Positions 28,990-38,912 of a DNA stretch of 64,000 nt are shown piece after piece. The position numbers and the translations under genes were made by a program. Source of the stretch: Psychrobacter sp. (GTDB taxonomy: Bacteria > Pseudomonadota > Gammaproteobacteria > Pseudomonadales > Moraxellaceae); the NCBI RefSeq assembly GCF_041554015.1, contig NZ_JBFFMS010000002.1, positions 28,440 through 92,439 on the forward strand, given 5' to 3'. The notes beneath the pieces are model-generated. The model had not been told where the DNA came from and made no database searches. It worked only from the letters and a program-made list of their open reading frames with translations. How positions within the stretch are numbered: the stretch's first letter is position 1; each line of letters starts with the position of its first letter.

Positions 28990-30204
28990 TTAAGGATTGA
29001 TAAGTACTAAACACCATAGCGAGGTGATCTCAGCATTGCGCGCCGCAAATAGGGGGTCAGTATCGTCTTGGCTACGACCATGTTTAGGTTGGGTATCGAG
29101 TCGATATTTGACTGCTAAACCAGCATCATTAATCCAGCCTAATAATTCATCGCGGCTGCGCAGCTGCAAATGCTCCGCCAAATCCGACAGAATCAACCAC
29201 ACTTCCCCTTGCTCCGCTAAATGCTGCTTTGCACCTTGCAAAAACCCACGTAGCATCGCGCTATTGGCATCATATACGGCAAACTCTAATGGCGAGGTTG
29301 GCTTGGCGGGCAACCAAGGTGGATTACAGACCAGTAGATTCGCCAGTGGCGCATCAGTTGGATACAAGTCCGCTTGCTGTAATTGTATGGTATCTAGCTC
29401 GTGACGCATAAAGTTGTCGCTTGCGCAGGCGAGCGCTCGCGGATTTAGGTCCGTTGCAATCACTTGCTTTACACCGCGCTGCGCTAAGATAATTGCCAGT
29501 AAACCGGTACCAGTGCCAATATCAAAGGCAACGTCATAAACGGCTGGCAACGGTGCATCGAGCAACAGCTGCACATACTCATGACGGGTTGGTGCAAAAA
29601 CACCATAATGCGGAAAAATTGATAGACCCAAATTTTCGATTGCCACGCCTTTTACACGCCACCCTGCGGCACCTAAGGCACCTTGGAGGTCACGAAATGA
29701 GAGTAAGCATGACTCATTTAGCTCACCAAACGCGGCGGTACAAGCAGCACTGACATCAGGGGCGCGGCGTAACTGGCTGACGTAACCCGCATCCAGCTCC
29801 AATAATAAACGACTGAGTAAGCGTGAACGCTGAGATTGGACTTGGCGCTGCTGATGAAACAAATTAGGGATAGCTTTAGAGGACGCCAAAGTTTCATCGT
29901 TAGATTTGGCAGGCTTAGCAGATTTATTAGCGGCTGTATTAATTTTACGCTGCTCAGAGCGCTCATTGGCACGGTCAATGCGCCGCGTGATGGCTTGCAG
30001 TAGTTGCTTTGCATTATTAAAATCACCGCGCCATAGCATCGAGGTGCCAGCACAAGCCAAGCGATAAGCCTCATCGGCTGTCGTTTTGTCATCGACCACA
30101 ACAATACGCGCAGGCGGCGCATGATTGCTTTGCGACAACCAGCGAGCTTGATGTGTCGTTTCGTTCTCAAACCACTGCACGTACTGTATTTCTGTTGCTA
30201 ACAC
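28990..30204 (-). CDS. Class I SAM methyltransferase with long N-terminal region
   Basis: DIGTGTG motif I and CNPPW motif IV; GTG start. Confidence 0.8.
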   Translation of the reverse strand: MLATEIQYVQWFENETTHQARWLSQSNHAPPARIVVVDDKTTADEAYRLACAGTSMLWRGDFNNAKQLLQAITRRIDRANERSEQRKINTAANKSAKPAKSNDETLASSKAIPNLFHQQRQVQSQRSRLLSRLLLELDAGYVSQLRRAPDVSAACTAAFGELNESCLLSFRDLQGALGAAGWRVKGVAIENLGLSIFPHYGVFAPTRHEYVQLLLDAPLPAVYDVAFDIGTGTGLLAIILAQRGVKQVIATDLNPRALACASDNFMRHELDTIQLQQADLYPTDAPLANLLVCNPPWLPAKPTSPLEFAVYDANSAMLRGFLQGAKQHLAEQGEVWLILSDLAEHLQLRSRDELLGWINDAGLAVKYRLDTQPKHGRSQDDTDPLFAARNAEITSLWCLVLINP

Positions 30205-30274
30205 GCGACCTGCCTTTTAAATATGAATAATGTATGTTCTATCATGCAGAAATATTGTTGCATGATGTGCTGCG

Positions 30275-30535
30275 CTAGGCGCTCTTTTTCTTAACTAAAT
30301 AACGATAGGTGGGCACATCGTTTAGCGTTTCTTGATAAATAAGGGTATGCCCCAAATGGCGGCAGAAATTGGGAATATCACGGGTAGTAGCAGGGTCAGT
30401 GGCTAATACCTCAATCACCTCGCCGCCATCGGCTTTACGAATCGTCTTATGTAGCATCATAACTGGCTCGGGACAAATAAGTCCTTGAGTATCCAGGTGA
30501 TGATTAATATGTGTGTCTAATATTGAAGTCGTCAT
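30275..30535 (-). CDS. tusA: Sulfur carrier TusA
   Basis: LDTQGLICPEPVMMLHK, ATDPATTRDIPNFC. Confidence 0.95.
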   Translation of the reverse strand: MTTSILDTHINHHLDTQGLICPEPVMMLHKTIRKADGGEVIEVLATDPATTRDIPNFCRHLGHTLIYQETLNDVPTYRYLVKKKSA

Positions 30536-30598
30536 ATTGTATTTTATAAACCTAATAGATAAGTTTGATAGCTAAATGTTGGTTTGTAACTGATTTTA

Positions 30599-31123
30599 TC
30601 AAGGCGTATCAGTTGTATCATCGTTCTCATTAATTTCAGCGTTGTAAGCGTTTTTATTATGCTCAGGTAAGTCAGCTAGGTCCAAAAAATTAAAGAAGCG
30701 TTTAAAACTGACTTTAAATAAAAATGCCACACCGAGCCACGATGCCAATCCTAACCAAGCCGTATCGGCAAATAACAGCCCGCCGAGCAGAATAATACTT
30801 GAGACACCAATGGTCATGATCACCATCGAGGTTTGATTGAGACGATAGCGGTAGATGATAAAAGCATTATATAGCGTCAGTGGGATGGTCAGCGCCACCA
30901 AAGCATAAGGCAAGTTATAAAATAGCTGATACAGTATTTGATTGTCATGAAAGGCTTTGATACTGGCAATGGTGCCAAAAACCATAAAAGCGATGATAGC
31001 GGCATAGATGAGATAGACGGCTATTTGATTGACACGTTGAGCGCCTTTGATACGCGCAATAGCAAGCGGTGCAAAACCATGTCGCGAGCTAGTTTGCAAA
31101 GAGTGGTTTGAGACAGTGGTCAT
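30599..31123 (-). CDS. Hypothetical 4-TM membrane protein
   Basis: 174-aa ORF with four hydrophobic segments, tightly packed between ruvX and tusA. Confidence 0.7.
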   Translation of the reverse strand: MTTVSNHSLQTSSRHGFAPLAIARIKGAQRVNQIAVYLIYAAIIAFMVFGTIASIKAFHDNQILYQLFYNLPYALVALTIPLTLYNAFIIYRYRLNQTSMVIMTIGVSSIILLGGLLFADTAWLGLASWLGVAFLFKVSFKRFFNFLDLADLPEHNKNAYNAEINENDDTTDTP

Positions 31124-31179
31124 AATAAGCGGTCATATATTGGTTTAAAGTGATGCTATAGCAAAAATCAGCAGCGTTT

Positions 31180-31701
31180 TTAATCTTCTCTGATGGCGTC
31201 GATGGCAACACTGCTATTAGGATCAGCAAAATAGGTCGACATAAGAATACAAGCAGAGATGTCATCAATCGGATCGCGCTCATGTTGGATCCAACCGTTT
31301 TCCCATGCGATCTCACGCGCGGCGACCGATGTTAGGCGCTCATCACATAAAGATACGATAACTGGTAAATGCTGCTCCATGATTCTATGTGCTAGACGAC
31401 GGGCAAATTTATGTGCGCGTTTTGACAGCATGGAGCTGCTACCGTCCATATTTAGCGGCAGTCCGACCACTACCTTTGCCACGCCCCAGACTTTGATAAT
31501 GCCGAGTAAGTTATCCCAATCAGGTTGTCCATTATTCATCGCCAAGATATCAAAGGCACGCGCCGTTTCTGTCAAGCTATTACCGAGTGCCATACCCATT
31601 TTTTTAACCCCATAATCTAAGGCTAAGATAAGATGCGGCTTAAGTGTAGGTTCAGCAGCGCTAGTATCGGTACTATCTTCTATAAAAGTGCTATCTACCA
31701 T
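31180..31701 (-). CDS. ruvX: YqgF/RuvX RNase H-like nuclease
   Basis: LALDYGVKKMGMA, VVGLPLNMDG, DERLTS, DDISACIL. Confidence 0.93.
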   Translation of the reverse strand: MVDSTFIEDSTDTSAAEPTLKPHLILALDYGVKKMGMALGNSLTETARAFDILAMNNGQPDWDNLLGIIKVWGVAKVVVGLPLNMDGSSSMLSKRAHKFARRLAHRIMEQHLPVIVSLCDERLTSVAAREIAWENGWIQHERDPIDDISACILMSTYFADPNSSVAIDAIRED

Positions 31702-31737
31702 AATAAGGGGGATTTCCTGTTTTTATTGCTGTATGCG

Positions 31738-32301
31738 CTAAGCATGACCAATATCGCTGCTTAAATAATCAAAATTAACCCCAATCTTATCGGCGGCCAT
31801 TTGCCAACGATTCTCAAATGGCGTATCAAACAATAAGTTCAAATCAGCAGGGCAGACCAGCCAGTCGCCGTTAGCAAGCTCACGATCAAGCTGCTTTTTA
31901 CCCCAGCTGGCATGACCCAAACAGAGCTGATAATGACCAACGCCTTGACCGGCTGCAATACGTTTGAGGATATCTTGGCTGGTGGTGATGCAGACATTTT
32001 CTGAGATGGCAAAAGACGATGCCCATTCTGGCTGACCTGTATGCAGCACAAAACCGACTTCAGGGTACATAGGCCCACCCTCTAGTGCCAGATCTTCCAT
32101 CACTTGTGCGTCTGTGACCTCAATATCCAGATCTTCGAGTAACTTGCCCACTCGAGATTGCTCCAAAGGGCGATTAACCATGAGACCAAGGGCGCCATGT
32201 TTATCATGACGACAGATATAAATCAGCGCCTGCTCAAACCGTGGGTCTGACAGCTCAGGCGCCGCGATCAAAAAATGGTGGGTCAAATTGGCTTTGGACA
32301 T
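31738..32301 (-). CDS. yqgE: YqgE/AlgH family protein
   Basis: [38 protein letters not shown]. Confidence 0.93.
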   Translation of the reverse strand: MSKANLTHHFLIAAPELSDPRFEQALIYICRHDKHGALGLMVNRPLEQSRVGKLLEDLDIEVTDAQVMEDLALEGGPMYPEVGFVLHTGQPEWASSFAISENVCITTSQDILKRIAAGQGVGHYQLCLGHASWGKKQLDRELANGDWLVCPADLNLLFDTPFENRWQMAADKIGVNFDYLSSDIGHA

Positions 32302-32341
32302 AGAGACAAACGCAACCTGCTAATAAGGGTGGGAGACCACT

Positions 32342-32369
32342 ATATGGCGATAATGAATAAAAAATCAAC
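32342..32369 (-). promoter_or_regulatory. Putative sigma32 promoter of yqgE-ruvX
   Basis: Minus strand GTTGAT-N14-CGCCATAT about 40 nt upstream of the yqgE start. Confidence 0.45.
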
Positions 32370-32419
32370 TAAAGCAAGGATTTAGTCATGAAGAGGTATG
32401 TATGGCGATCAATCAAGAA

Positions 32420-34099
32420 TCATCTCACATCACTCAATAAACTGCGAGCATGCTCACGGGTGACGTCGGTGATGATCACACCACCAGACATACGTGCCAG
32501 CTCATCTACTTGCGCGCTATCGGTCAAGATCACAAGCTCACTCTCAGTCTGCTCGTCATGGTGTTTTTGTACCAAGATATGCTGATGCGCTTGCGCTGCG
32601 ACTTGGGCTTGATGCGTAATGGCGAGCAATTGCTGCGTTTGACCAAGGGCGCGCAACAACTCACCGACCACTTGAGCGGTGCCGCCACTGATACCAACAT
32701 CGACTTCGTCAAAGACCAGCATCGGTTTTGCCGCATTATTATCGGCATTGGTCGCTTGCAAGACCTGCATCACCAGCGCCATCCGTGATAGCTCACCACC
32801 TGAGGCAATTTTATGCAGCGGCTGCATCGGCATACCGACGTTGGCGCTAAATAATAAATCGATATCATAACAGCCTTGCCCATTATATTGGCTGATATCC
32901 GTCTTTTTAGTAAAAACGAATTCACAGCGTGCATTCGGTAGGGCAAGCGGCTGTAGTTGCTCAATCAGCTGTTTACTGACAATAGGCGCAGCCTTGTTAC
33001 GGGCTTTATTAAGCTCATTGGCAAGCTTAAGATATTCTTGCCATGCTTGCTCAATTTGCGCCGCCATGGCATCACTGCTTGGCTCGTTTGCTAATTGTTC
33101 TAATTGTGCTTCCCAGATTTTTGCTTCTTCAATCAAATCATTGGCGGGCAAGCTATGTTTGCGTGATAAGCGATGACCTAAACTGATTAAGCTGTCTAAT
33201 GACTGCAAACGCTCAGGGTCAGGCAGTTGCTGCTCAGCATAATCCGATAGTAAGCCTGTCACTTCAGTAATTTGCTGCTGCGCCAAATGCAGCTGCTCTG
33301 AGGCTTGCTCAAAGGTTTGGCTGACGCTCATCTGATTATCACACAGCTTAATTGCTTGCCCAAGCAAGGTCATTACATCCGGCTCATCCGTATCATTGTC
33401 AAGCAAATGCAGACCATGACTGGCCTCAATCATTAGCGCTTCAATATTGGACAGCTCTTCATGCTCCGCTTCAACTTCGGCATAATCAACGCCTAATAAT
33501 GGTGCGATATCGGCAAGTTGGCTTTGCAACAGTTGGATGCGATCTTGGCGCTGCGCTTCACGACTTGCCAAATCATCAGCGCGGCGTTTAAGCTGCTGAT
33601 AATGTTGATAGCTAGTTGCCGTTTGGGCCGCCAGTGGCGTTATTTGTGCCATAGCATCTAACCATTGCACCACAAATTGCGGCTTTAATAACGCCTGCTG
33701 CGCATGCTGGCTATGGATATTGACCAGTAATGCGCCCAAACTCTTAAGCTCTGCCAAGCTGACAGGTGTGCCATTTAACCACGCCTTTGAGCGTCCTGTA
33801 TTACTAAGCTGGCGGCGAATCAATACTTCTGGCTCTTCTAACGCCCGCTCATTTTTGGCAAACCACTCAGCGATGACGGGATTGTTTTCTACATCAAATT
33901 GCGCGTAGATATCGGCCTGCACCGCGCCATGTCTGACCATTGCACTGTCTGCGCGCTCACCGACACATAAAGACAGCGCATCAAGCAATAGTGACTTGCC
34001 AGCCCCCGTCTCCCCAGTAATGACATTGAAGCCTTCAGCCATACTTAGCTCGTGCTGAGCGATCAATGCAAACTGATGTAAAGTTAATGATACTAGCAT
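32420..34099 (-). CDS. recN: DNA repair protein RecN
   Basis: ITGETGAGKS, IHSQH, ASGGELSR, FDEVDVGISG, ITHQAQVAA, ELARM. Confidence 0.96.
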   Translation of the reverse strand: MLVSLTLHQFALIAQHELSMAEGFNVITGETGAGKSLLLDALSLCVGERADSAMVRHGAVQADIYAQFDVENNPVIAEWFAKNERALEEPEVLIRRQLSNTGRSKAWLNGTPVSLAELKSLGALLVNIHSQHAQQALLKPQFVVQWLDAMAQITPLAAQTATSYQHYQQLKRRADDLASREAQRQDRIQLLQSQLADIAPLLGVDYAEVEAEHEELSNIEALMIEASHGLHLLDNDTDEPDVMTLLGQAIKLCDNQMSVSQTFEQASEQLHLAQQQITEVTGLLSDYAEQQLPDPERLQSLDSLISLGHRLSRKHSLPANDLIEEAKIWEAQLEQLANEPSSDAMAAQIEQAWQEYLKLANELNKARNKAAPIVSKQLIEQLQPLALPNARCEFVFTKKTDISQYNGQGCYDIDLLFSANVGMPMQPLHKIASGGELSRMALVMQVLQATNADNNAAKPMLVFDEVDVGISGGTAQVVGELLRALGQTQQLLAITHQAQVAAQAHQHILVQKHHDEQTESELVILTDSAQVDELARMSGGVIITDVTREHARSLLSDVR

Positions 34100-34487
34100 C
34101 AACGCCTCTCATGACAGACAACAACCCTTAAAAACGATGTAATATCGTACAATAAGATTATCTCTACAATAGATTAAATAAAGGAATAAATCGGTTCAGT
34201 TCATACCGCAGCATCGTAAATGCAGTTGGCAAATAGTATGGTGGCAAATCGCCTTAAATACAAATCTTAAAGGTAATCAATGACATCAAGCAATGCCCAT
34301 CACAATAAGCGGAACTTTCATGGCGCTGTAACAAACTTTATAGATATAATGTGGTAGCATAATCTCACATAATGATAAACTCTTACCACCAGATTTTGAT
34401 AGATAGTAGGATAACTGTCATCTATACAGTTGCTTAATTTTAATTTGGTTTTTTAGTTGGCAATAATTATTTGATAAGGAAGCCACT

Positions 34488-34823
34488 ATGACAGCGGCGC
34501 AATTTACTAACGTAACAGTCAATGCTCAAGCGACGATATCTTATGATGGTCGTTGCTCAAGCCATACCATTATGTTTGAGGACGGTCGTCATAAAACATT
34601 AGGTATCATCTTGCCTTGTGACAATTTGGTTGAGCACTATCACTTTAGTACCAATACCTCTGAACGTATTGAGATTACTAGCGGTGAGTGCGAAGTCAAA
34701 ATAAACGGTGAAGAAGAATTCAGCTACTACCGTGCAGGACAGTCATTTGTGGTCGAAGGGAATAGTGGCTTTAACTTGCGCACAGAAGAGATCGTCCAGT
34801 ATATCTGCCACTTAGAAGGCTAA
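34488..34823 (+). CDS. ppnP: Pyrimidine/purine nucleoside phosphorylase (YaiE/DUF1255)
   Basis: ISYDGRCSSHTIMFEDGRHKTLGII, YHFSTNTSERIEITSG, F.V.GNSGF, YICH. Confidence 0.85.
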   Translation: MTAAQFTNVTVNAQATISYDGRCSSHTIMFEDGRHKTLGIILPCDNLVEHYHFSTNTSERIEITSGECEVKINGEEEFSYYRAGQSFVVEGNSGFNLRTEEIVQYICHLEG

Positions 34824-35033
34824 TATGCCTTAAAGTGCGATTAGATAATTGATATTGATAACGCCAAACAGCTAATGTTTCAAAAGAGATAAATCTTAAC
34901 AGATTTATTTCTTTTTTTTGCTGACATTATTTAGATGAAGCAGAGCATTAATTGCTACAATTACAGACCTCTATTTTTATCGCGGGTTTTTTATCAACAG
35001 TGCGATACTCACTCTATAATCAATAGGCCTATT

Positions 35034-35804
35034 ATGGCAAAACCTACCTACTTTTATGGCATTCATGCGATTGATGCCTTACTCGAATACCGTCCTTTAG
35101 ACGGTCTTAGCTTATTTGTACAACAAGGACGCGAGACTGATAGCCATGTGCAAGCGATCATGGCACAAGCACGTGATAATGGTATTAGTATTCAACCAAC
35201 TCAAAAAGACAAGCTTACTCAGCTATGTGGTAGCCCGCAGCATCAAGGTGTGGTGCTAAATGCCCGTCCGTTGGGCTTTACTGATGAAGGTTTGTTAGAG
35301 ACCCTTGCTGGGCGAGAGGATTGTTTGCTACTGGTATTGGATCAAATTACGGACGCCCATAACTTTGGCGCCTGTTTACGTACCGCAGTCGCCATGGGTG
35401 TAGATGCGGTTATTTGTCCAAAGCATCATGCGGCAAGTTTGACACCAACGGTGGCCAAAGTCTCTGTGGGCGCAGCTGAGATGATGCCAATAGTGAGCGT
35501 CACCAATCTGGCGCGGACATTGACAAAAATTAAAAACGCCGGTGTATTTGTTTTCGGTACGGCTCTCAATGAGGACGCTAAGCCAATCCATAGTGCAGAT
35601 ATGACGGGTAAGACTGCTATTATCATGGGTTCAGAGGGCGAGGGGATGCGTCGCCTGACTACAGAGAGCTGTGATGAGCTGGTTTATATTCCGATGTCAG
35701 GCAACGAGCATGGCAATTTACAAAGCTTAAATGTCAGTGTCGCGACTGGTATGGCTTTATATGAGATTAATCGCCAGCGAACTTTAGCTGCTGGGCAAGC
35801 TTAA
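35034..35804 (+). CDS. rlmB: 23S rRNA Gm2251 methyltransferase
   Basis: YGIHAI, HQGVV, LDQITDAHNFGACLR, MGSEGEGMR, SLNVSVATG; ATG 35034 preferred. Confidence 0.93.
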   Translation: MAKPTYFYGIHAIDALLEYRPLDGLSLFVQQGRETDSHVQAIMAQARDNGISIQPTQKDKLTQLCGSPQHQGVVLNARPLGFTDEGLLETLAGREDCLLLVLDQITDAHNFGACLRTAVAMGVDAVICPKHHAASLTPTVAKVSVGAAEMMPIVSVTNLARTLTKIKNAGVFVFGTALNEDAKPIHSADMTGKTAIIMGSEGEGMRRLTTESCDELVYIPMSGNEHGNLQSLNVSVATGMALYEINRQRTLAAGQA

Positions 35805-36459
35805 GGTATTCTTGATGGAGCGGCTCTAGTTGTACATATAGCGCCGCAAGATCACTCTCATTTAATACCACATCATCTGCATGACGATTGCGCTCATCAC
35901 GGCTCAATTGATTGACCATGATGGCTTTGATTTTTTGCACACTGAGTGCATCACGTTGGCTGGCACGTGCAAGCTGGGTTTCTTCTGTCGCATCCATCAC
36001 CAAAATACGCTGGCATAGATTGGCAAGCCCTGCTTCTGCAGCTTCAATCAATAGCGGCGCCGACAATACCACATACGATGAGGTGCTCTCTGCCAATTGC
36101 TTCTTTGCAGCTTCACGTATCGCAGGATGGGTAATGGCTTCAAGCTCAATGAGCGCATCGGGATAAGTAAATACATGGGTTCGTACCGCGGCGCGATCCA
36201 TGTCGCCATTGTCATTTAGTACCCAGTCACCAAATTTCCTTTTGATTTTACGTAGCGTTGAGCTGCCTTTGACCACCACCTCATGGGCAATGACATCAGC
36301 ATCAATAATATCGATGCCTTGCTGTGCAAACCAGTCGCTGGCGGCTGACTTGCCGCTGCCGATACCACCCGTTAAACCCACGACCAATTTTTTAGTTTTA
36401 TGCTCAGGCGTTTGCGGCTGATGCGAATAAGGCGAAGGTGCTGCTGCGTATTTTGACAT
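35767..36459 (-). CDS. coaE: Dephospho-CoA kinase
   Basis: VGLTGGIGSGKS, DADVIA, ITHPAI, APLLIE; last gene of pilBCD-coaE. Confidence 0.95.
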   Translation of the reverse strand: MSKYAAAPSPYSHQPQTPEHKTKKLVVGLTGGIGSGKSAASDWFAQQGIDIIDADVIAHEVVVKGSSTLRKIKRKFGDWVLNDNGDMDRAAVRTHVFTYPDALIELEAITHPAIREAAKKQLAESTSSYVVLSAPLLIEAAEAGLANLCQRILVMDATEETQLARASQRDALSVQKIKAIMVNQLSRDERNRHADDVVLNESDLAALYVQLEPLHQEYLKLAQQLKFAGD

Positions 36460-36541
36460 AATGGTGACTTATCTGACTGATAGAAGAATGACGACAGTAA
36501 TCAACACAAGGTTAAGATCACTGATTGAGAAATGCTAGTGC

Positions 36542-37441
36542 TTAAGTATACATGCCTAAATACCAATTAACGATATCTGAGCCGTATAACAACGCCACAA
36601 TACCAGCAATAGCAATATAAGGACCAAAGGCAAAGGGCTTGCTCTCACCTTGTTTTTTCATCAAGATAATTCCAACGATGGAGCCAAGTAAAGATGACAA
36701 GAGAATAATCAATGGCAACATCATAGGTCCAAGCCAAGCACCCAGTACTGCCAATAACTTAAAGTCGCCTTGCCCCATACCATGCTTTTTGGTGATCAAA
36801 TAAAATACTTTTACCACTATCCATAACGATAAAAAGCCCAATAATAAGCCCCATATCGACTGCGTGGGGGAGACAAACCAACCTTGCGAGTTTACCGCCA
36901 GTCCTAACCCTGCTAAGGGAAAAGTTAAACGGTCAGGTAGCAGCTGCGTATCAAAATCGATACCAGTTAAGGCGATGAGAGTCCAGACTAACACCAATGC
37001 CGACAGCCCGACCATGTTGACGCCAAACTGATAAATGATGCATGCAGATAGCAGCGCAGTGACCAATTCAACGATAGGATAGCGCAGCCCGATAGCAGCT
37101 TTGCAATCTGAACAACGTCCGCGTAGTAGCAGCCAGCTGATCAAAGGGAGGTTTTCATACCATTTAATTTTGTGGGCACAGTGTGGGCAGCGTGAAGCAG
37201 GATGGCTTAAGCTAATAGGTGTATCAGTACTGATAATATTGACCAGTGGCGTCGTATGCTCACGCGGCATATCCGCTTGCTCATACATAAACTGGCTACA
37301 TTCTTGTCGCCAAGCTGATACCATCATCAGCGGAGTACGATGAATCACCACATTTAAGAAGCTACCAACGCAAAGTCCGAGTAAGGTGAAAAAGACTAAC
37401 GCCAAAGTCATATTATCTTGTAATAACTGTATAAATTGCAT
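36542..37441 (-). CDS. pilD: Type IV prepilin peptidase/methyltransferase
   Basis: GSFLNVVIHR, SRCPHC, GRCSDC, IDFDTQLLPD, GMGQGDFKL, FGPYIA. Confidence 0.96.
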   Translation of the reverse strand: MQFIQLLQDNMTLALVFFTLLGLCVGSFLNVVIHRTPLMMVSAWRQECSQFMYEQADMPREHTTPLVNIISTDTPISLSHPASRCPHCAHKIKWYENLPLISWLLLRGRCSDCKAAIGLRYPIVELVTALLSACIIYQFGVNMVGLSALVLVWTLIALTGIDFDTQLLPDRLTFPLAGLGLAVNSQGWFVSPTQSIWGLLLGFLSLWIVVKVFYLITKKHGMGQGDFKLLAVLGAWLGPMMLPLIILLSSLLGSIVGIILMKKQGESKPFAFGPYIAIAGIVALLYGSDIVNWYLGMYT

Positions 37442-37466
37442 GAACAAGCTGTCCTTTAATTAGCGT

Positions 37467-38690
37467 TTAGCCTACTACCGAGCCCATCTGGAAGATTGGC
37501 AAGTACATAGCAATGACTAGGCCACCAACTAATACACCTAAGACCGCCATAATCATCGGCTCCATTAAGCTGGTCAAGCCATCAACAGCGTTATCAACTT
37601 CATTTTCATAATAGACTGCCACTTTATCGAGCATCTCTTCTAAGCTACCAGATTCTTCGCCGATACCAACCATTTGAATCACAAGGCTTGGGAACAAATT
37701 GGTTGAGCGTATCGAAAACTGCAATTGTTGTCCGGTAGAAACGTCATTTTTGATTTGTTGAATAGCGTTATAAAACACCACGTTATTTGCCGCGCCGGCA
37801 GTTGAATCAAGCGCATCAATGAGGGGTACGCCGGCAGCAAAAGTGGTAGACAACGTACGAGCAAACCGCGCAATCACCGCTTGGTAGGCGATATTGCCAA
37901 ATATTGGGGCTTTTAATACCGCACGGTCTAAAGCATCACGAAATTTCTTTGAGCGCTTTTTGGTTTCTGAAAAGCCAATAATAGCGCCGCCAATAAATAC
38001 AATGAGGATGAACCACCATGCTTGCATCCACTCAGACATCCCGACGACCATTTGAGTGAAAGCAGGCAACTCTGCACCAAAGGAGCTAAATAAATCAGCA
38101 AACACGGGAACGACTTTTACAAGCAAAATGATAGTCACAATAATAGCAACCACAATGACTGCGATAGGATATTTCATGGCTTTTTTGATTTTAGCCTTGA
38201 GCAGCTCGCTCTTTTCTTTATAAGTTGCAACCCGCTCCAGCATGGTTTCTAACGCCCCTGACTGCTCACCAGAATCAACAAGCGAGCAAAAAAGGTCATC
38301 AAAATAGCGTGGATGGCGACGTAATGCCGATGCAAAAGTACCACCCGCTTCGATATCTCCTTTGATTTGTAACACCAAATCTTTCATACTTGGATTATCA
38401 AGAGAGTCAGCGACAATCTCAAAGGATTGGGTTAGTGGCACACCTGCTTTCATCATGGTTGCCAGCTGCCGCGCAAAAATAGCAATATCAATGGGCTTAA
38501 TAGACTTTTTAAAGGTGTATAAGGGTTTTGGCTTTTTCTTGATACCTTTAACCGTAATACCTTGTTTGCGCAACGTGGCTTTGGCAAGCTCTAAGCTACG
38601 ACTGGTCGTCTCACCTTTTACCTTTTGCCCGCGCCGGTTTACCCCATCATAGACAAAGTCTGACAGCATGTCGGTCTTAGCTTTTGCCAT
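37467..38690 (-). CDS. pilC: Type IV pilus platform protein
   Basis: FARQLATMMKAGVP, GEQSGALETML, AMKYP, GEESGSLEEML, AMYLPIF; ATG 38690 with SD AAGGA. Confidence 0.95.
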   Translation of the reverse strand: MAKAKTDMLSDFVYDGVNRRGQKVKGETTSRSLELAKATLRKQGITVKGIKKKPKPLYTFKKSIKPIDIAIFARQLATMMKAGVPLTQSFEIVADSLDNPSMKDLVLQIKGDIEAGGTFASALRRHPRYFDDLFCSLVDSGEQSGALETMLERVATYKEKSELLKAKIKKAMKYPIAVIVVAIIVTIILLVKVVPVFADLFSSFGAELPAFTQMVVGMSEWMQAWWFILIVFIGGAIIGFSETKKRSKKFRDALDRAVLKAPIFGNIAYQAVIARFARTLSTTFAAGVPLIDALDSTAGAANNVVFYNAIQQIKNDVSTGQQLQFSIRSTNLFPSLVIQMVGIGEESGSLEEMLDKVAVYYENEVDNAVDGLTSLMEPMIMAVLGVLVGGLVIAMYLPIFQMGSVVG

Positions 38691-38912
38691 GTCCTTTCCT
38701 TCAAAAATGGTCCAATATAGATAATGCCTGCCATAAAACACAGTTAACCCATTGTTTTAAGCGGATATACTTTATTTTAGCGCAAAAAACCAGTGCCTAT
38801 CTGTTTTATTTTTCCTACTACTTATTATTTGCTAGTAACTAAATATTAAATACTACAGACAATATGACATTTACTCAAAGTACGCTCTATAGCAACGCTT
38901 TTAAAAACGATA

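Noticed and set aside
34415-34429. LexA box near recN
   Set aside because: CTGT-N7-ACAG has the wrong spacing; kept only as a generic inverted repeat.
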